A DNA stretch of 33,024 bases from Polyangiaceae bacterium (GCA_044222475.1 JBGANF010000091.1:1-33024), one strand, 5' to 3'; numbered from the stretch's first letter, positions 1 through 8,295 are shown. The notes: generated from the sequence alone by a model not told the origin. Numbers and translations are program-made.

Positions 1-194
1 GCGCGGTGAGCTACGTGAACAAGCAGGGCAACACGTCGACGACGTTGAATGGGACGCTCGATCACTTCGAAGGCGACGACATCGTGATCAAGATCCTGAT
101 CCCGACGAGCACGCTGAAGGTGACGTCGCCGCCGACGCTGGTCGGTGGCGAGTGGAAGATGACGGTCGAAGGCGTGGAAGTGACGCGCAAGTAG
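1..194 (+). CDS. Hypothetical protein, C-terminal part (5' end outside window)
   Basis: Open frame with GC3-rich codons running from the window edge to TAG at 192-194 (...LIPTSTLKVTSPPTLVGGEWKMTVEGVEVTRK). Confidence 0.6.
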   Translation, partial: AVSYVNKQGNTSTTLNGTLDHFEGDDIVIKILIPTSTLKVTSPPTLVGGEWKMTVEGVEVTRK

Positions 195-750
195 TCACGG
201 CTTCGCGAAGACGAGCTTCGTCCCGACGGGGACGGTGAACTTGTCCATCTGCACGCGGTCGCCGCAGTCTTCGGGCGGAGGGCAGTAGCCGTCGGACACG
301 CCGTAGTCTTCGACGATGCACTGGCCGTCTTTCGTGCACGCGAGCGACAGGTGGCTCGAGCCCGAGGGGCCGTCGCAGTGGACGCTCACGCCGCCGGTGC
401 AGCCGACCTGGGCCCAGAAGCCTTTCGCGACGACGCGCTCTTCCTCGACTGCGCCGTGGAGGGACAGCGTGATCGCGTAGCAGGTGCCGTAGTCGGGATC
501 GTCCTTGCCGCACTTCATGGTGCGGAGCTGGAACCACGCGCGGAGCTCGGTCGAGCGAGGAGCATCGGCGGCGGCGTCCGCGCCGGTTGCGGCGACGGGC
601 GGCGACGCGTCGACCTCGGCGAGGGTCACGGTCGCAGGAGGCCGGTGGGGTGGTCGCTTTGGGCTCGGAGGACCCGGCGCAGTTGAGGCCGAGGACAAGG
701 AGGGCGCCGCCGAAGATCAACGAAGCAAAGTCGTGTGCACCGTGGGTCAT
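195..750 (-). pseudogene. Cys-rich lipoprotein with an apparent +1 frameshift near 642 (pseudogene or sequencing error)
   Basis: ATG at 750 gives signal peptide and lipobox MTHGAHDFASLIFGGALLVLGLNC-AGSSEPKATTPP. The globular Cys-rich body (PPATVTLAEVDA...CGKDDPDYGTCY...KLVFAKP) is in another frame. The span is 556 bp = 3n+1. Confidence 0.65.
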
Positions 751-801
751 GCATGAGAAACGCTCGGGGTGGGAGGGGTCATCCCACATGGTCGTCGGGG
801 G

Positions 802-886
802 GAGATGCCCCTCACCGCGGCGCTTCGCGCCGCGACTCTCCCCAAGCTTGGCGCTACGCGCCAAGCGGGGAGAGTGGTTCCACCGC
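802..886 (+). repeat. REP-like structured repeat, copy A (85 bp)
   Basis: Hairpins cgcggcgc-TTC-gcgccgcg and actctcccc..gcttggcgc-tac-gcgccaagc-ggggagagt. Reverse complement matches 2363-2447 at 83/85. Confidence 0.9.
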
Positions 887-1037
887 GACGCTCGCCGCGA
901 ACCGGATGACGCGGACGCCGTAGACACCGAAGAGCTCCGCATCGCGAGCAGCGTCTTCGGCCGCGCGCGCCGCCGTCGAAGTCGACGCCCGAGCGCATCG
1001 AGCAGCTTGGAAGGAATGTTTCGCATCGGGGCATGAC
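887..1037 (-). pseudogene. Internally deleted, frameshifted DUF559 (Vsr-like endonuclease) remnant
   Basis: Three successive frames read MRNIPSKLLDAL / GVDFDGGA / EDAARDAELFGVYGVRVIRFAASV. These are collinear with MRRSP..LLWKAL / VEVDGSAH / NDALRQRELEFLGYSVFRVTAREV in the DUF559 ORF at 32554. Confidence 0.65.
992..1037. repeat. 46-bp direct repeat, copy 1
   Basis: agcgcatcgagcagcttggaaggaatgtttcgcatcggggcatgac; 45/46 identical to 2247-2292. Confidence 0.9.
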
Positions 1038-1076
1038 AACCACGACTTCGCGCCAAACGTGTACCAATCGGGTACC

Positions 1077-1180
1077 GCAGTGGAACCACTCTCTCCACGC
1101 GGCGCCAAGCGCCGCGTAAGGGTCGCACTTCGTGATACCCGAAGGGGTGGAGAGTCGTTGCGCGAAGCGCGGCGGTGAGG
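1077..1180 (-). repeat. REP-like structured repeat, copy B (conserved arms, different core)
   Basis: Arms gcagtggaaccactctc and gagagtcgttgcgcgaagcgcggcggtgagg match copy C. The core is replaced by the hairpin acgcggcgc-caa-gcgccgcgt plus a 29-bp segment also found at 32562-32590. Confidence 0.85.
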
Positions 1181-1202
1181 CGCTCGGGGTGCCGCGATCT
1201 CG

Positions 1203-1703
1203 TCAGCCTTCGTGATCTTGAAACAGGCACTTCCCAACTGTGACGTTCACCCTTCCGCTCAGCTCGAGCTCGATCCCGCCGACCGGGACGCTCGACCAAG
1301 CCAGCGGGATGGGGGCGAAGCCGTGGAGCGCCAACGCCGACCGTACGTTGGTCGCGATGCGCTCAGCCTCTTCCGACGGGGCGAGTTCGACGACCCGGCC
1401 GGAACGGCCACCGCGATCGTACAGCGTCCAATGGATCGAGTAGACATCGGTGATGAAGCTGAGCTGCAACGACAGAACGGCGTAGCTCCCGTCGTCATTG
1501 GGCGAAAACGTCGCCTCGTAGCGATTGCAGAACGCATAGTCGAACATCGTCACGTTCCGAGCGCGCGCCGGAGCGACGAGCGCGGAGAGCTCGTTGAACA
1601 AGCGATCACGTGGCCAGCCCTCGAGCGTTCCGTTCGGCGGACCCGCCGCGAAGGCAGACCGGATCTTGCGAACGAGGTCGTCGAGGTTTGGGTGGGCTGG
1701 CAT
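1203..1703 (-). CDS. Hypothetical protein (166 aa), orphan/immunity-like
   Basis: MPAHPNLDDLVRKIR...GKCLFQDHEG. Its ATG overlaps the upstream stop (TGATG at 1701-1705). Globular composition with aromatic residues. Confidence 0.7.
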   Translation of the reverse strand: MPAHPNLDDLVRKIRSAFAAGPPNGTLEGWPRDRLFNELSALVAPARARNVTMFDYAFCNRYEATFSPNDDGSYAVLSLQLSFITDVYSIHWTLYDRGGRSGRVVELAPSEEAERIATNVRSALALHGFAPIPLAWSSVPVGGIELELSGRVNVTVGKCLFQDHEG

Positions 1704-2113
1704 CAGTCGAGGCCCAGTCGGCCGTGCGGTTGGAAGAATGGGTTGTGGAGGTGTGCGACACGGATCGAGTCGATGCCGAACTTCTCGCCCACGCCGGTCA
1801 CCCCAACGACTTCCCAGGCAACGCCGAGAGCGGTCAACTCGGGGGTGAACGAATCCCACCGATCGACGAGTCTGCGCGGTAGGCCGAGCATCCCGCCAAA
1901 CAACTCAATGGGCGCAATGTCGACCCATTCGATCTCGCATGTTCGAACTGGCCCGCCAGGCGGCTCCAGGTAGCCTTCCACGGGCATGACGAGCATTTGC
2001 CCCCAGTGCGTCCTCCAACTGTCGACGTCCGACACGACCCCCGCGCGGACGTAGTAGTGCGTCCGTGCGACAAGGTCGCAAACAGGTTTCCAGTAGCTCG
2101 CGCTCGGCGACAT
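1703..2113 (-). CDS. Hypothetical protein (~136 aa), possibly DUF6678-like
   Basis: Start placed at ATG 2113 after a GAGGA RBS. Motif W..Q.LVMPVEGYLE..GGPV...EIEWVDI. Translationally coupled to the next ORF. Family call is tentative. Confidence 0.65.
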   Translation of the reverse strand: MSPSASYWKPVCDLVARTHYYVRAGVVSDVDSWRTHWGQMLVMPVEGYLEPPGGPVRTCEIEWVDIAPIELFGGMLGLPRRLVDRWDSFTPELTALGVAWEVVGVTGVGEKFGIDSIRVAHLHNPFFQPHGRLGLD

Positions 2114-2246
2114 CACAGCCGTCCTCAACTCGATCCGTAGGTAGTGTTCACCCGTTCGGGCCATGATAGCGCGAGCGCACACGCATCCATGATCGCGAGC
2201 TACACGGGCCACGCTGATGGCCATCACGCCTCCCCTGGGCGCCTTC

Positions 2247-2292
2247 AGCGCATCGAGCAGCTTGGCAGGAATGTTTCGCATCGGGGCATGAC
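2247..2292. repeat. 46-bp direct repeat, copy 2
   Basis: One mismatch to 992-1037. It occupies the same position relative to a REP copy (C) as copy 1 does to copy B. Confidence 0.9.
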
Positions 2293-2331
2293 CTCCCCGC
2301 TCGCCCCGAAGCGATCATTCGACTCGAGGAC

Positions 2332-2361
2332 GGGAGGGGGAGCGGGAGTGGGAGTGGGAGC
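2332..2361. repeat. GGGAGN hexamer tract (5 units)
   Basis: gggagg gggagc gggagt gggagt gggagc. Same unit type as in the inverted ends of the 23606-23937 element. Confidence 0.75.
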
Positions 2362-2362
2362 G

Positions 2363-2447
2363 GCGGTGGAACCACTCTCCCCGCTTGGCGCGTAGCGCCA
2401 AGCTTGGGGAGAGTCGCCGCGCGAAGCGCGGCGGTGAGGGGCATCTC
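2363..2447 (-). repeat. REP-like structured repeat, copy C (85 bp), 3 bp downstream of the cdaR stop
   Basis: Inverted copy of 802-886 with two mismatches that are compensatory within one stem. Confidence 0.9.
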
Positions 2448-2450
2448 ATC

Positions 2451-3368
2451 TCACCAACGCACAATCACCGTCTGCGGCGTAATCCTCGCCTCGCACTTGT
2501 CGACCTGGACCATCACCGGCAGCGACACACTCCCCGTCGTCGCGGTGTCCTTCACCTCGACCCGCGGGACCACCTGCTCCGCCCGCAGCGCATGGACGAC
2601 ATCCGGCGGACACGCGAGCCGCACGTCGACCTCGGTCGGCAGCGTCTTGCCTTTCGCGACCCCGACCACCGCCACCGCGAGCTTCGAGAAGCTCCTCTCC
2701 GCGAGCTCGCGCTGAATCTCCACCACGACCGAGACCGACGACACGTCGAACGCAAGACCCGCCGCCGGCCGCCCGATCGCGAGCGCCTTCGTGTACGAGC
2801 CCTCGGTCAACCCGCTCACGTCGAACGCATCGACGCCGGCGTGCTGGAGCAGGCTCACCTGCCCTTTCGGGCCCTTCGCCCGCACGTTCGGCGGATCGGC
2901 GACGACGCTCTTGACCACGAAGCCCGCAGCCGGCGTGTTCGCGAGCGACACCTGCACCGGCACGTCGCGCGTCACCAGGTCGTCCCACATCAGATCGATC
3001 GACGGCGGGTCGACCTGCTCCACCTTGATTCCGGCCGGAACGTGCACGAGCGCGGGATCGATGACGATGCGCTTCTCCTGCCCGACGCGCACGTCGAGCT
3101 GGATGTTTCCCACGTCGTCCCCGTGGAGCTCGTCGAGCGCGGTACGCGATCCGCGGAGCGTCACGCGGACACGCGGCGGCAGCTGACTCACGAGCACGCG
3201 CTGCGCCGACTCGGGCGGCAACAGCACGACCAGGTCGACCGAGACGCTCTTCTGCGCGTCCTGCGAGCCGTGCACCAGCGAGTACAACAGCAGCGCGCAG
3301 AAGAAGCTCAGCATCTTCAGCCCGACGTTCTCGGTCAGAGCGCTGCGGAGGCGATCGGCGGCGCCCAT
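2451..3368 (-). CDS. cdaR: CdaR / YbbR-like diadenylate cyclase regulator
   Basis: N-terminal ENVGLKMLSFFCALLLYSLV membrane anchor, repeated beta-rich YbbR-like segments (PPRVRVTLRG, PPNVRAKGP), and start overlapping the cdaA stop. Confidence 0.85.
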   Translation of the reverse strand: MGAADRLRSALTENVGLKMLSFFCALLLYSLVHGSQDAQKSVSVDLVVLLPPESAQRVLVSQLPPRVRVTLRGSRTALDELHGDDVGNIQLDVRVGQEKRIVIDPALVHVPAGIKVEQVDPPSIDLMWDDLVTRDVPVQVSLANTPAAGFVVKSVVADPPNVRAKGPKGQVSLLQHAGVDAFDVSGLTEGSYTKALAIGRPAAGLAFDVSSVSVVVEIQRELAERSFSKLAVAVVGVAKGKTLPTEVDVRLACPPDVVHALRAEQVVPRVEVKDTATTGSVSLPVMVQVDKCEARITPQTVIVRW

Positions 3369-4435
3369 CAGTCCTCCGGATCCGCGACCGGATCGGGGTT
3401 CGACGGGGTCGGCTCCGGCGTCTTGATCGGCTTGGCCTTGGCCATGGGCCGCGGCGGGTGCGCCTCGGCGAGGAACGCCTCGGACGCGGGCGGCGGCGGC
3501 GGCACGCTCGGCGTCTGCGAGCCGCCAGCCTGCGGCGTCGGCGTCAGCGTGTAGGAGCCCGTCCCGCCCGAGGGCGGCACGACGCTCACGCGTACCGATC
3601 CGGTACGAGAGTCGCGCTTGACGACCGGCTTCTGGCCCTTCTTCCGGGACCGCTGGCCGAACAGACCGAGCAGCGCCTGACGCAGCGACGCACCGTCGAG
3701 GTTCGACACGATGTTGCCGTGGAAGCAGAAGCTGATCGTGCCGCGCTCTTCGGAGACGACGACCACGACGGCGTCCGTCTCTTCGGTGATGCCGACCGCA
3801 GCGCGGTGGCGCGTACCGAACGACTTGTCGAGCGCGCGCTGGTCTGGCATCGGGAAGAACACGCCGGCCTTCGCGACGCGCAGGTTCCGGATCACGACCG
3901 CGCCGTCGTGGAGCTTGTTCACGCCTTCGGGGACGAAGATGCTCACGAGCAGCTCGCGCTGCACGGCGGCGTCGATGTCGGTCCCTTGAGAGACGACGAA
4001 CTCGTCGAGGTTGGCCTCCTGCTCGAAGCAGATGAGCGCCCCCATGCGGTGCCTCGCCAGCTCGGTCGCGGCGGCGACCACCTCTTCGATCACCTTGGAT
4101 TCCTGCTGCCGCGCGAGCCCTCCGAGGAACGCCTGCGATCCGACGCGCATGAGGCCGCGCCGAATGTCGTTCTGGAAAACGACGACGACGACGAGGATGA
4201 TCGACGAGAGCAGCGTCGTGAGGAGGTTCGTGAGGGTGACGAGGCCGAGGTACTTCGCCCCGAGGTACACGAGGAAGATGACGCCGAGGCCGATGCCCAT
4301 CTGCATCGCCCGTGTGCCGCGGAGGACCAAGAGCGCGCGGTAGATCAGGTACGTGACGACGACGATGTCGAGGACGTCGATCGTGATCTCGCCCCAGGGC
4401 CGCGGCTTGAAGAGGTGGAGTATGCCCTCAGGCAT
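3368..4435 (-). CDS. cdaA: Diadenylate cyclase CdaA (DisA_N/DAC domain) with Pro-rich C-terminal tail
   Basis: Three N-terminal TM helices, VVVFQNDIRRGL, and catalytic motifs LHDGAVV and GTRHRAA.GITEETDA.VVVVSEERG. Confidence 0.95.
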   Translation of the reverse strand: MPEGILHLFKPRPWGEITIDVLDIVVVTYLIYRALLVLRGTRAMQMGIGLGVIFLVYLGAKYLGLVTLTNLLTTLLSSIILVVVVVFQNDIRRGLMRVGSQAFLGGLARQQESKVIEEVVAAATELARHRMGALICFEQEANLDEFVVSQGTDIDAAVQRELLVSIFVPEGVNKLHDGAVVIRNLRVAKAGVFFPMPDQRALDKSFGTRHRAAVGITEETDAVVVVVSEERGTISFCFHGNIVSNLDGASLRQALLGLFGQRSRKKGQKPVVKRDSRTGSVRVSVVPPSGGTGSYTLTPTPQAGGSQTPSVPPPPPASEAFLAEAHPPRPMAKAKPIKTPEPTPSNPDPVADPED

Positions 4436-5330
4436 TCTGCACCCCCCGCATCACGTCGATCGCCTGGCGCGTCGCCCGCACGTCGTGCACGCGGAGGAGC
4501 TTCGCCCCCGACTGCCACGCGTGGATCGCGGCGCCGATGGACGCGCCGAGCCTCTCGGTCGGCGACGCCTTCTCGTCGACGAACTTCAGGAAGGACTTAC
4601 GGCTCGCCCCGACGAGCACCGGAACGCCCGCCTCCACGCGAGCCACGAGGTCGCGCGTGCGCGCGAGGAGCTCGCGCGAGTGCCGTGCGTTCTTGGAGAA
4701 ACCGAGGCCGGGATCGAAGACCAACGCGTCCTTGGCAACGCCCCGCGAGCGCGCGCATTCCGCGGCGACGGCCCACTCGCGCAGGACGTCCTCCACGACG
4801 TCGCCGTAGGCGTCGTCGGGGTGGACCGAGAAGTCGATCATCTTCTCCTGCGTGCCGCGGGAGTGCATGATCCAGAGCGCGGCGTCGTACTTGTTCGCGA
4901 CGTCGGCGAGGGCGGGATCGCGCAGGCACGACACGTCGTTGATGGCCGACGCTCCGGCCTCGAGGCAGGCCGCGGCGACCGTGGCATCGGTCGTATCGAT
5001 CGAGACGAGCGCGCGCTCCCGGGCGTAGCGAATCGCCGGGAGGACCCGCTCGAGCTGCTCGGCCGCGGGGACCGGCTTCGCCCCGGGTCGCGTCGACTCG
5101 CCGCCGATGTCGACGATGTCGGCGCCTTCGGCCACGAGCGCGTCGATTCGAGCCTTCGCCGCTGCGGGATCGAGCCATTCGCCGCCGTCGCTGAACGAGT
5201 CCGGAGTGACGTTGCACACGCCGACGAGAGCCACGCCGCGGAGGCGAACTGCTCGGTCGACGATGCTGACGAAAGCTCCTACACGGCGCACCACACACCT
5301 CTGGCTCGCAGGCCCGCGCAAAACACGCAC
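4428..5330 (-). CDS. folP: Dihydropteroate synthase (true start probably a GTG near 5290)
   Basis: GVCNVTPDSFSDGG, DIGGESTRPGA, FDPGLGFSK, GASRKSF and LLRVHDV motifs. Confidence 0.95.
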   Translation of the reverse strand: MRVLRGPASQRCVVRRVGAFVSIVDRAVRLRGVALVGVCNVTPDSFSDGGEWLDPAAAKARIDALVAEGADIVDIGGESTRPGAKPVPAAEQLERVLPAIRYARERALVSIDTTDATVAAACLEAGASAINDVSCLRDPALADVANKYDAALWIMHSRGTQEKMIDFSVHPDDAYGDVVEDVLREWAVAAECARSRGVAKDALVFDPGLGFSKNARHSRELLARTRDLVARVEAGVPVLVGASRKSFLKFVDEKASPTERLGASIGAAIHAWQSGAKLLRVHDVRATRQAIDVMRGVQNA

Positions 5331-5384
5331 GACCTAGAATTGGGGTAGCAACCGAGAGCGATTCGAGCAAACAATTTGCACACC

Positions 5385-7112
5385 ATGCCCAGCGAAAACG
5401 CCGCCGAATCGTTCATGAAGTCCCTCTTTCACGGACAGATCGCCGACGGGCTGATTTTCCCGTACCCGCAGGCGGCGCCTTCGGAGGTGGACCCCCTTCA
5501 CATGATGCTCGACAGCGTGCGCCGATTCGCCGCCGGACGCGTGGATTCCAAGCGAATCGACAAAGAGCACGTCATCGAAGAGGAGGTCCTGAAGGGCCTC
5601 AAGGAGCTCGGCCTCTTCGGCATGCTCATCCCAGAAGAGTACGGGGGCCTCGGCCTGTCGGCGACCGGGTACGCCCGCGTCATGCAGGAGGTCGCCGGGT
5701 TGGACGCCTCGGTCGCGGTCACCCTCGGGGCCCACCAGTCCATCGGGCTCAAGGGCCTGCTCCTGTTCGGGGACGAGGGGCAGAAGAAGCGGTACCTCCC
5801 GAAGCTCGCCACCGGCGAGATGGTCGCCTCGTTCGCCCTCACCGAGCCGGGCGCCGGCAGCGACGCCGCGGCGATCACGACGCGCGCCGAACAGCTCCCC
5901 AACGGGGACTACAAGCTCAACGGGTCGAAGATCTGGATCACCAACGGCGGGTTCGCGAGCCTCTTCACCGTCTTCGCGCGCACGAGCGCCATCCACGAGA
6001 GCGCGAAGCCGCGCATCACCGCGTTCCTCGTCGAGCGCGGGCCCGGCGTCCGCAGCGGCCCCAACGAGCACAAGCTCGGCATCCGTGGGAGCTCCACCAC
6101 CGAGGTCTTCTTCGACGACGTGGTCGTCCCGAAGGCGAACCTCCTCGGCGAGTACGGCCGCGGCTTCAAGGTCGCGATGGAGGTCTTGAACAGCGGGCGC
6201 CTCGGCCTCGCGAGCGGCTGCGTCGGCGCGTCGAAGCACCTCATCAAGATGGCGACCGAGCGCGTCCAAGAGCGCAAGGCGTTCGGCCGCATCATCGGCG
6301 AGTTCGGCATGGTCAAAGACAAGATCGCCTGGATGCTCTCCGAGACGTACGCGCTCGAGAGCATGGTCTACATGACCACCGCCATGGTCGACGCCAAGGT
6401 GAGCGACTACTCGATCGAGAGCGCCATCTGCAAAGTCTTCGGCTCGGAGACGCTGTGGCGCGTCGCCAACGAGACGCTCCAAATCGCCGCCGGCATCGGC
6501 TACATGGCCGACTACCCCTACGAGCGGCACCTGCGCGACGCGCGCATCAACCTGATCTTCGAGGGCACGAACGAGATCCTGCGCTGCTTCATCGCGCTGT
6601 CCGGCATGCAGGGTCCCGGGCAAGAGCTCGTCGAGGTCGTGCGCGCGATGCGCGAGCCGATCAAGGGCTTCGGGTTGCTCAGCGACTTCGCACTCGGCAA
6701 GGCGCGGCGCGCGCTCGGGCGAGAGCGCATGGCGAAGGCGCACCCGCTGCTCAACCGCGAGGTCGTCGTCTTCGAGGAGTACACCACCGAGCTCGCGAAG
6801 AACGTCGAGAAGGTGCTCCGCAAGCACGGCAAGAACATCGCCGAGATGCAGTACACGCAGCGCCGCGTCGCCGACATGGCGATCGATCTCTACGGCATCG
6901 CGTGCGTCGTCTCGCGCACGACGCGCGCGCTCGAACGGCGCGGCGAAGAAGGCGCACGTCGCGAGGTCGACCTCGCGACGATGTTCGTCAACGCCGCCGA
7001 GAAGCGCCTCGCCGGCGCGGTCGCCGGCTTCGAACGCAACGACGACGAGCTCCGCAAGGGCATCGCCGATCGCGCCTACGTCGACGGCGGCTATCCGCTC
7101 GACGTGGTCTGA
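5385..7112 (+). CDS. Acyl-CoA dehydrogenase, ACAD9/VLCAD-like
   Basis: AHQSIGLKG, FALTEPGAGSDA, LNGSKIWITNGG, KLGIRGSST, RDARINLIFEGTNEILR plus a C-terminal extension. Confidence 0.95.
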   Translation: MPSENAAESFMKSLFHGQIADGLIFPYPQAAPSEVDPLHMMLDSVRRFAAGRVDSKRIDKEHVIEEEVLKGLKELGLFGMLIPEEYGGLGLSATGYARVMQEVAGLDASVAVTLGAHQSIGLKGLLLFGDEGQKKRYLPKLATGEMVASFALTEPGAGSDAAAITTRAEQLPNGDYKLNGSKIWITNGGFASLFTVFARTSAIHESAKPRITAFLVERGPGVRSGPNEHKLGIRGSSTTEVFFDDVVVPKANLLGEYGRGFKVAMEVLNSGRLGLASGCVGASKHLIKMATERVQERKAFGRIIGEFGMVKDKIAWMLSETYALESMVYMTTAMVDAKVSDYSIESAICKVFGSETLWRVANETLQIAAGIGYMADYPYERHLRDARINLIFEGTNEILRCFIALSGMQGPGQELVEVVRAMREPIKGFGLLSDFALGKARRALGRERMAKAHPLLNREVVVFEEYTTELAKNVEKVLRKHGKNIAEMQYTQRRVADMAIDLYGIACVVSRTTRALERRGEEGARREVDLATMFVNAAEKRLAGAVAGFERNDDELRKGIADRAYVDGGYPLDVV

Positions 7113-7113
7113 T

Positions 7114-7497
7114 TCAGTTGCATCCGGCGGGCGACGACGTCGTCCCGCCGCCGCACGTGAGGTTGCACGTGCCGCCGGTACAGGCGACCGAGCACGACCC
7201 GTTGCAGGTGATGTTGCAAGTCCCGGCCCCGCACGTGACGCTCGAGCCGGTGCCGACGGTCACCGTACAGCTCTTGCCCGAGCAGACCACGTTGCTGCCC
7301 GCGCCGCCCGTGCCGGTGCAGGTCGAACCGGAGGCGCAGTTGAAGCGCGCGGTCGTCTTGCTGCCGAAGTCGCACGTCTCGTTCGCGGGACAGTCGCACG
7401 AGTCGCCGCTGCACACCGACGCGCTGCACCCGAGCGCGATCGCGCCGAGCACGCCGAACACCACACCGACTCGAACCAAGCTACGCATCGAGCTCAT
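7114..7497 (-). CDS. Small Cys/Gly/Thr-rich lipoprotein
   Basis: GAGGAGG RBS, signal peptide with lipobox IALG-C, and repeated C-x(3-5)-C units (CTVTVG..SVTCGAGTCNITCNGSCSVAC). Confidence 0.8.
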   Translation of the reverse strand: MSSMRSLVRVGVVFGVLGAIALGCSASVCSGDSCDCPANETCDFGSKTTARFNCASGSTCTGTGGAGSNVVCSGKSCTVTVGTGSSVTCGAGTCNITCNGSCSVACTGGTCNLTCGGGTTSSPAGCN

Positions 7498-7537
7498 CGA
7501 AACCTCCTCGGGTCCACTCGACCCACTCTGCTCGAAT

Positions 7538-7553
7538 CGCAAGAGCCATACCA
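7538..7553 (-). promoter_or_regulatory. Candidate sigma54 (-24/-12) promoter for the 7114-7497 gene
   Basis: Minus strand TGGTAT-ggctc-TTGCG, with correct GG-N10-GC spacing, about 40 bp upstream of the ATG. Confidence 0.5.
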
Positions 7554-7722
7554 CGCGGTACCGCGCGGATTCTCAGGCGAAAGCGCGCTGCCGCGACACC
7601 CGCGACGCATGCGCGGGTGCCTCGATCCTGCCGACCGCGTCGGCGGCGACGCGCACGCGGTGGGCTCGTGTGTGCATCCAGCACCCTTTCACCCCCTTCC
7701 GCCCGAGTGGTACCAATGAGGG

Positions 7723-8295
7723 ATGAAGTACAAGCTCCTCCTCGGGCTGGGGTCGATTGGTGCGCTCAGCGCGGTCGCCATCGCGTGCGGTGGGGACGAC
7801 GCCGTGATCGACGTTCCGGATTCGTCGTCGACCGACACCTCGGTCGACTCCCCGCTGCCGCCCGACGACACGGGCGTGCCCGACACGGGTACCGACCCCG
7901 ACACGGGAGTGACGGATGGTGGCGTCACCGACGGCGCGACGACCGACGGCGCGACCGACGGCGGCGGCATCCGGCTTCGATGCGGCGACGCATCGGTCAC
8001 CGATTGCTCGCAGTGCAACGGCGCGACGCAACCGTGCGTCTACTGCGGTACGAACGACGCGTCGGTGCTCACGGGGCTCTGCACGCAGTTCCACCAGAAC
8101 TGCTTCAACACGATCCCGAACGGCTTCGAGAGCTGTCGCTGCGGGCCCAACGGCGACGCCTCGGCGTGCCCGACGAAGTACCAGATCTGCACGACCCTCA
8201 ACCGATGCCACACGTGCTCGGACCAGAACACCAACAACACCCTCACCTGCCAGGGCGGCGGGAAGTGCACCTACGCCGACGGCGGCTGCAACTGA
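7723..8295 (+). CDS. Cys-rich lipoprotein with D/T/G-rich linker
   Basis: MKYKLLLGLGSIGALSAVAIA-C lipobox, acidic DTG/DGG repeats, and a Cys-rich C-terminal domain. Confidence 0.85.
   Translation: MKYKLLLGLGSIGALSAVAIACGGDDAVIDVPDSSSTDTSVDSPLPPDDTGVPDTGTDPDTGVTDGGVTDGATTDGATDGGGIRLRCGDASVTDCSQCNGATQPCVYCGTNDASVLTGLCTQFHQNCFNTIPNGFESCRCGPNGDASACPTKYQICTTLNRCHTCSDQNTNNTLTCQGGGKCTYADGGCN

Noticed and set aside
88..1299. 403-aa minus-strand ORF
   Set aside because: A chance read-through across repeats, the DUF559 remnant and the lipoprotein signal peptide, with no coherent protein.
2114..2281. N-terminal extension MRNIPAKLLDAL... of ORF 1703..2281
   Set aside because: That start lies inside the 46-bp repeat (DUF559-remnant sequence). 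A better RBS and start exist at 2113.
802..2447. CRISPR array or integron attC interpretation of the repeats
   Set aside because: Copies are few, long, in mixed orientation and irregularly spaced. No cas or integrase gene is present and no RYYYAAC/GTTRRRY core sites bound the hairpins.
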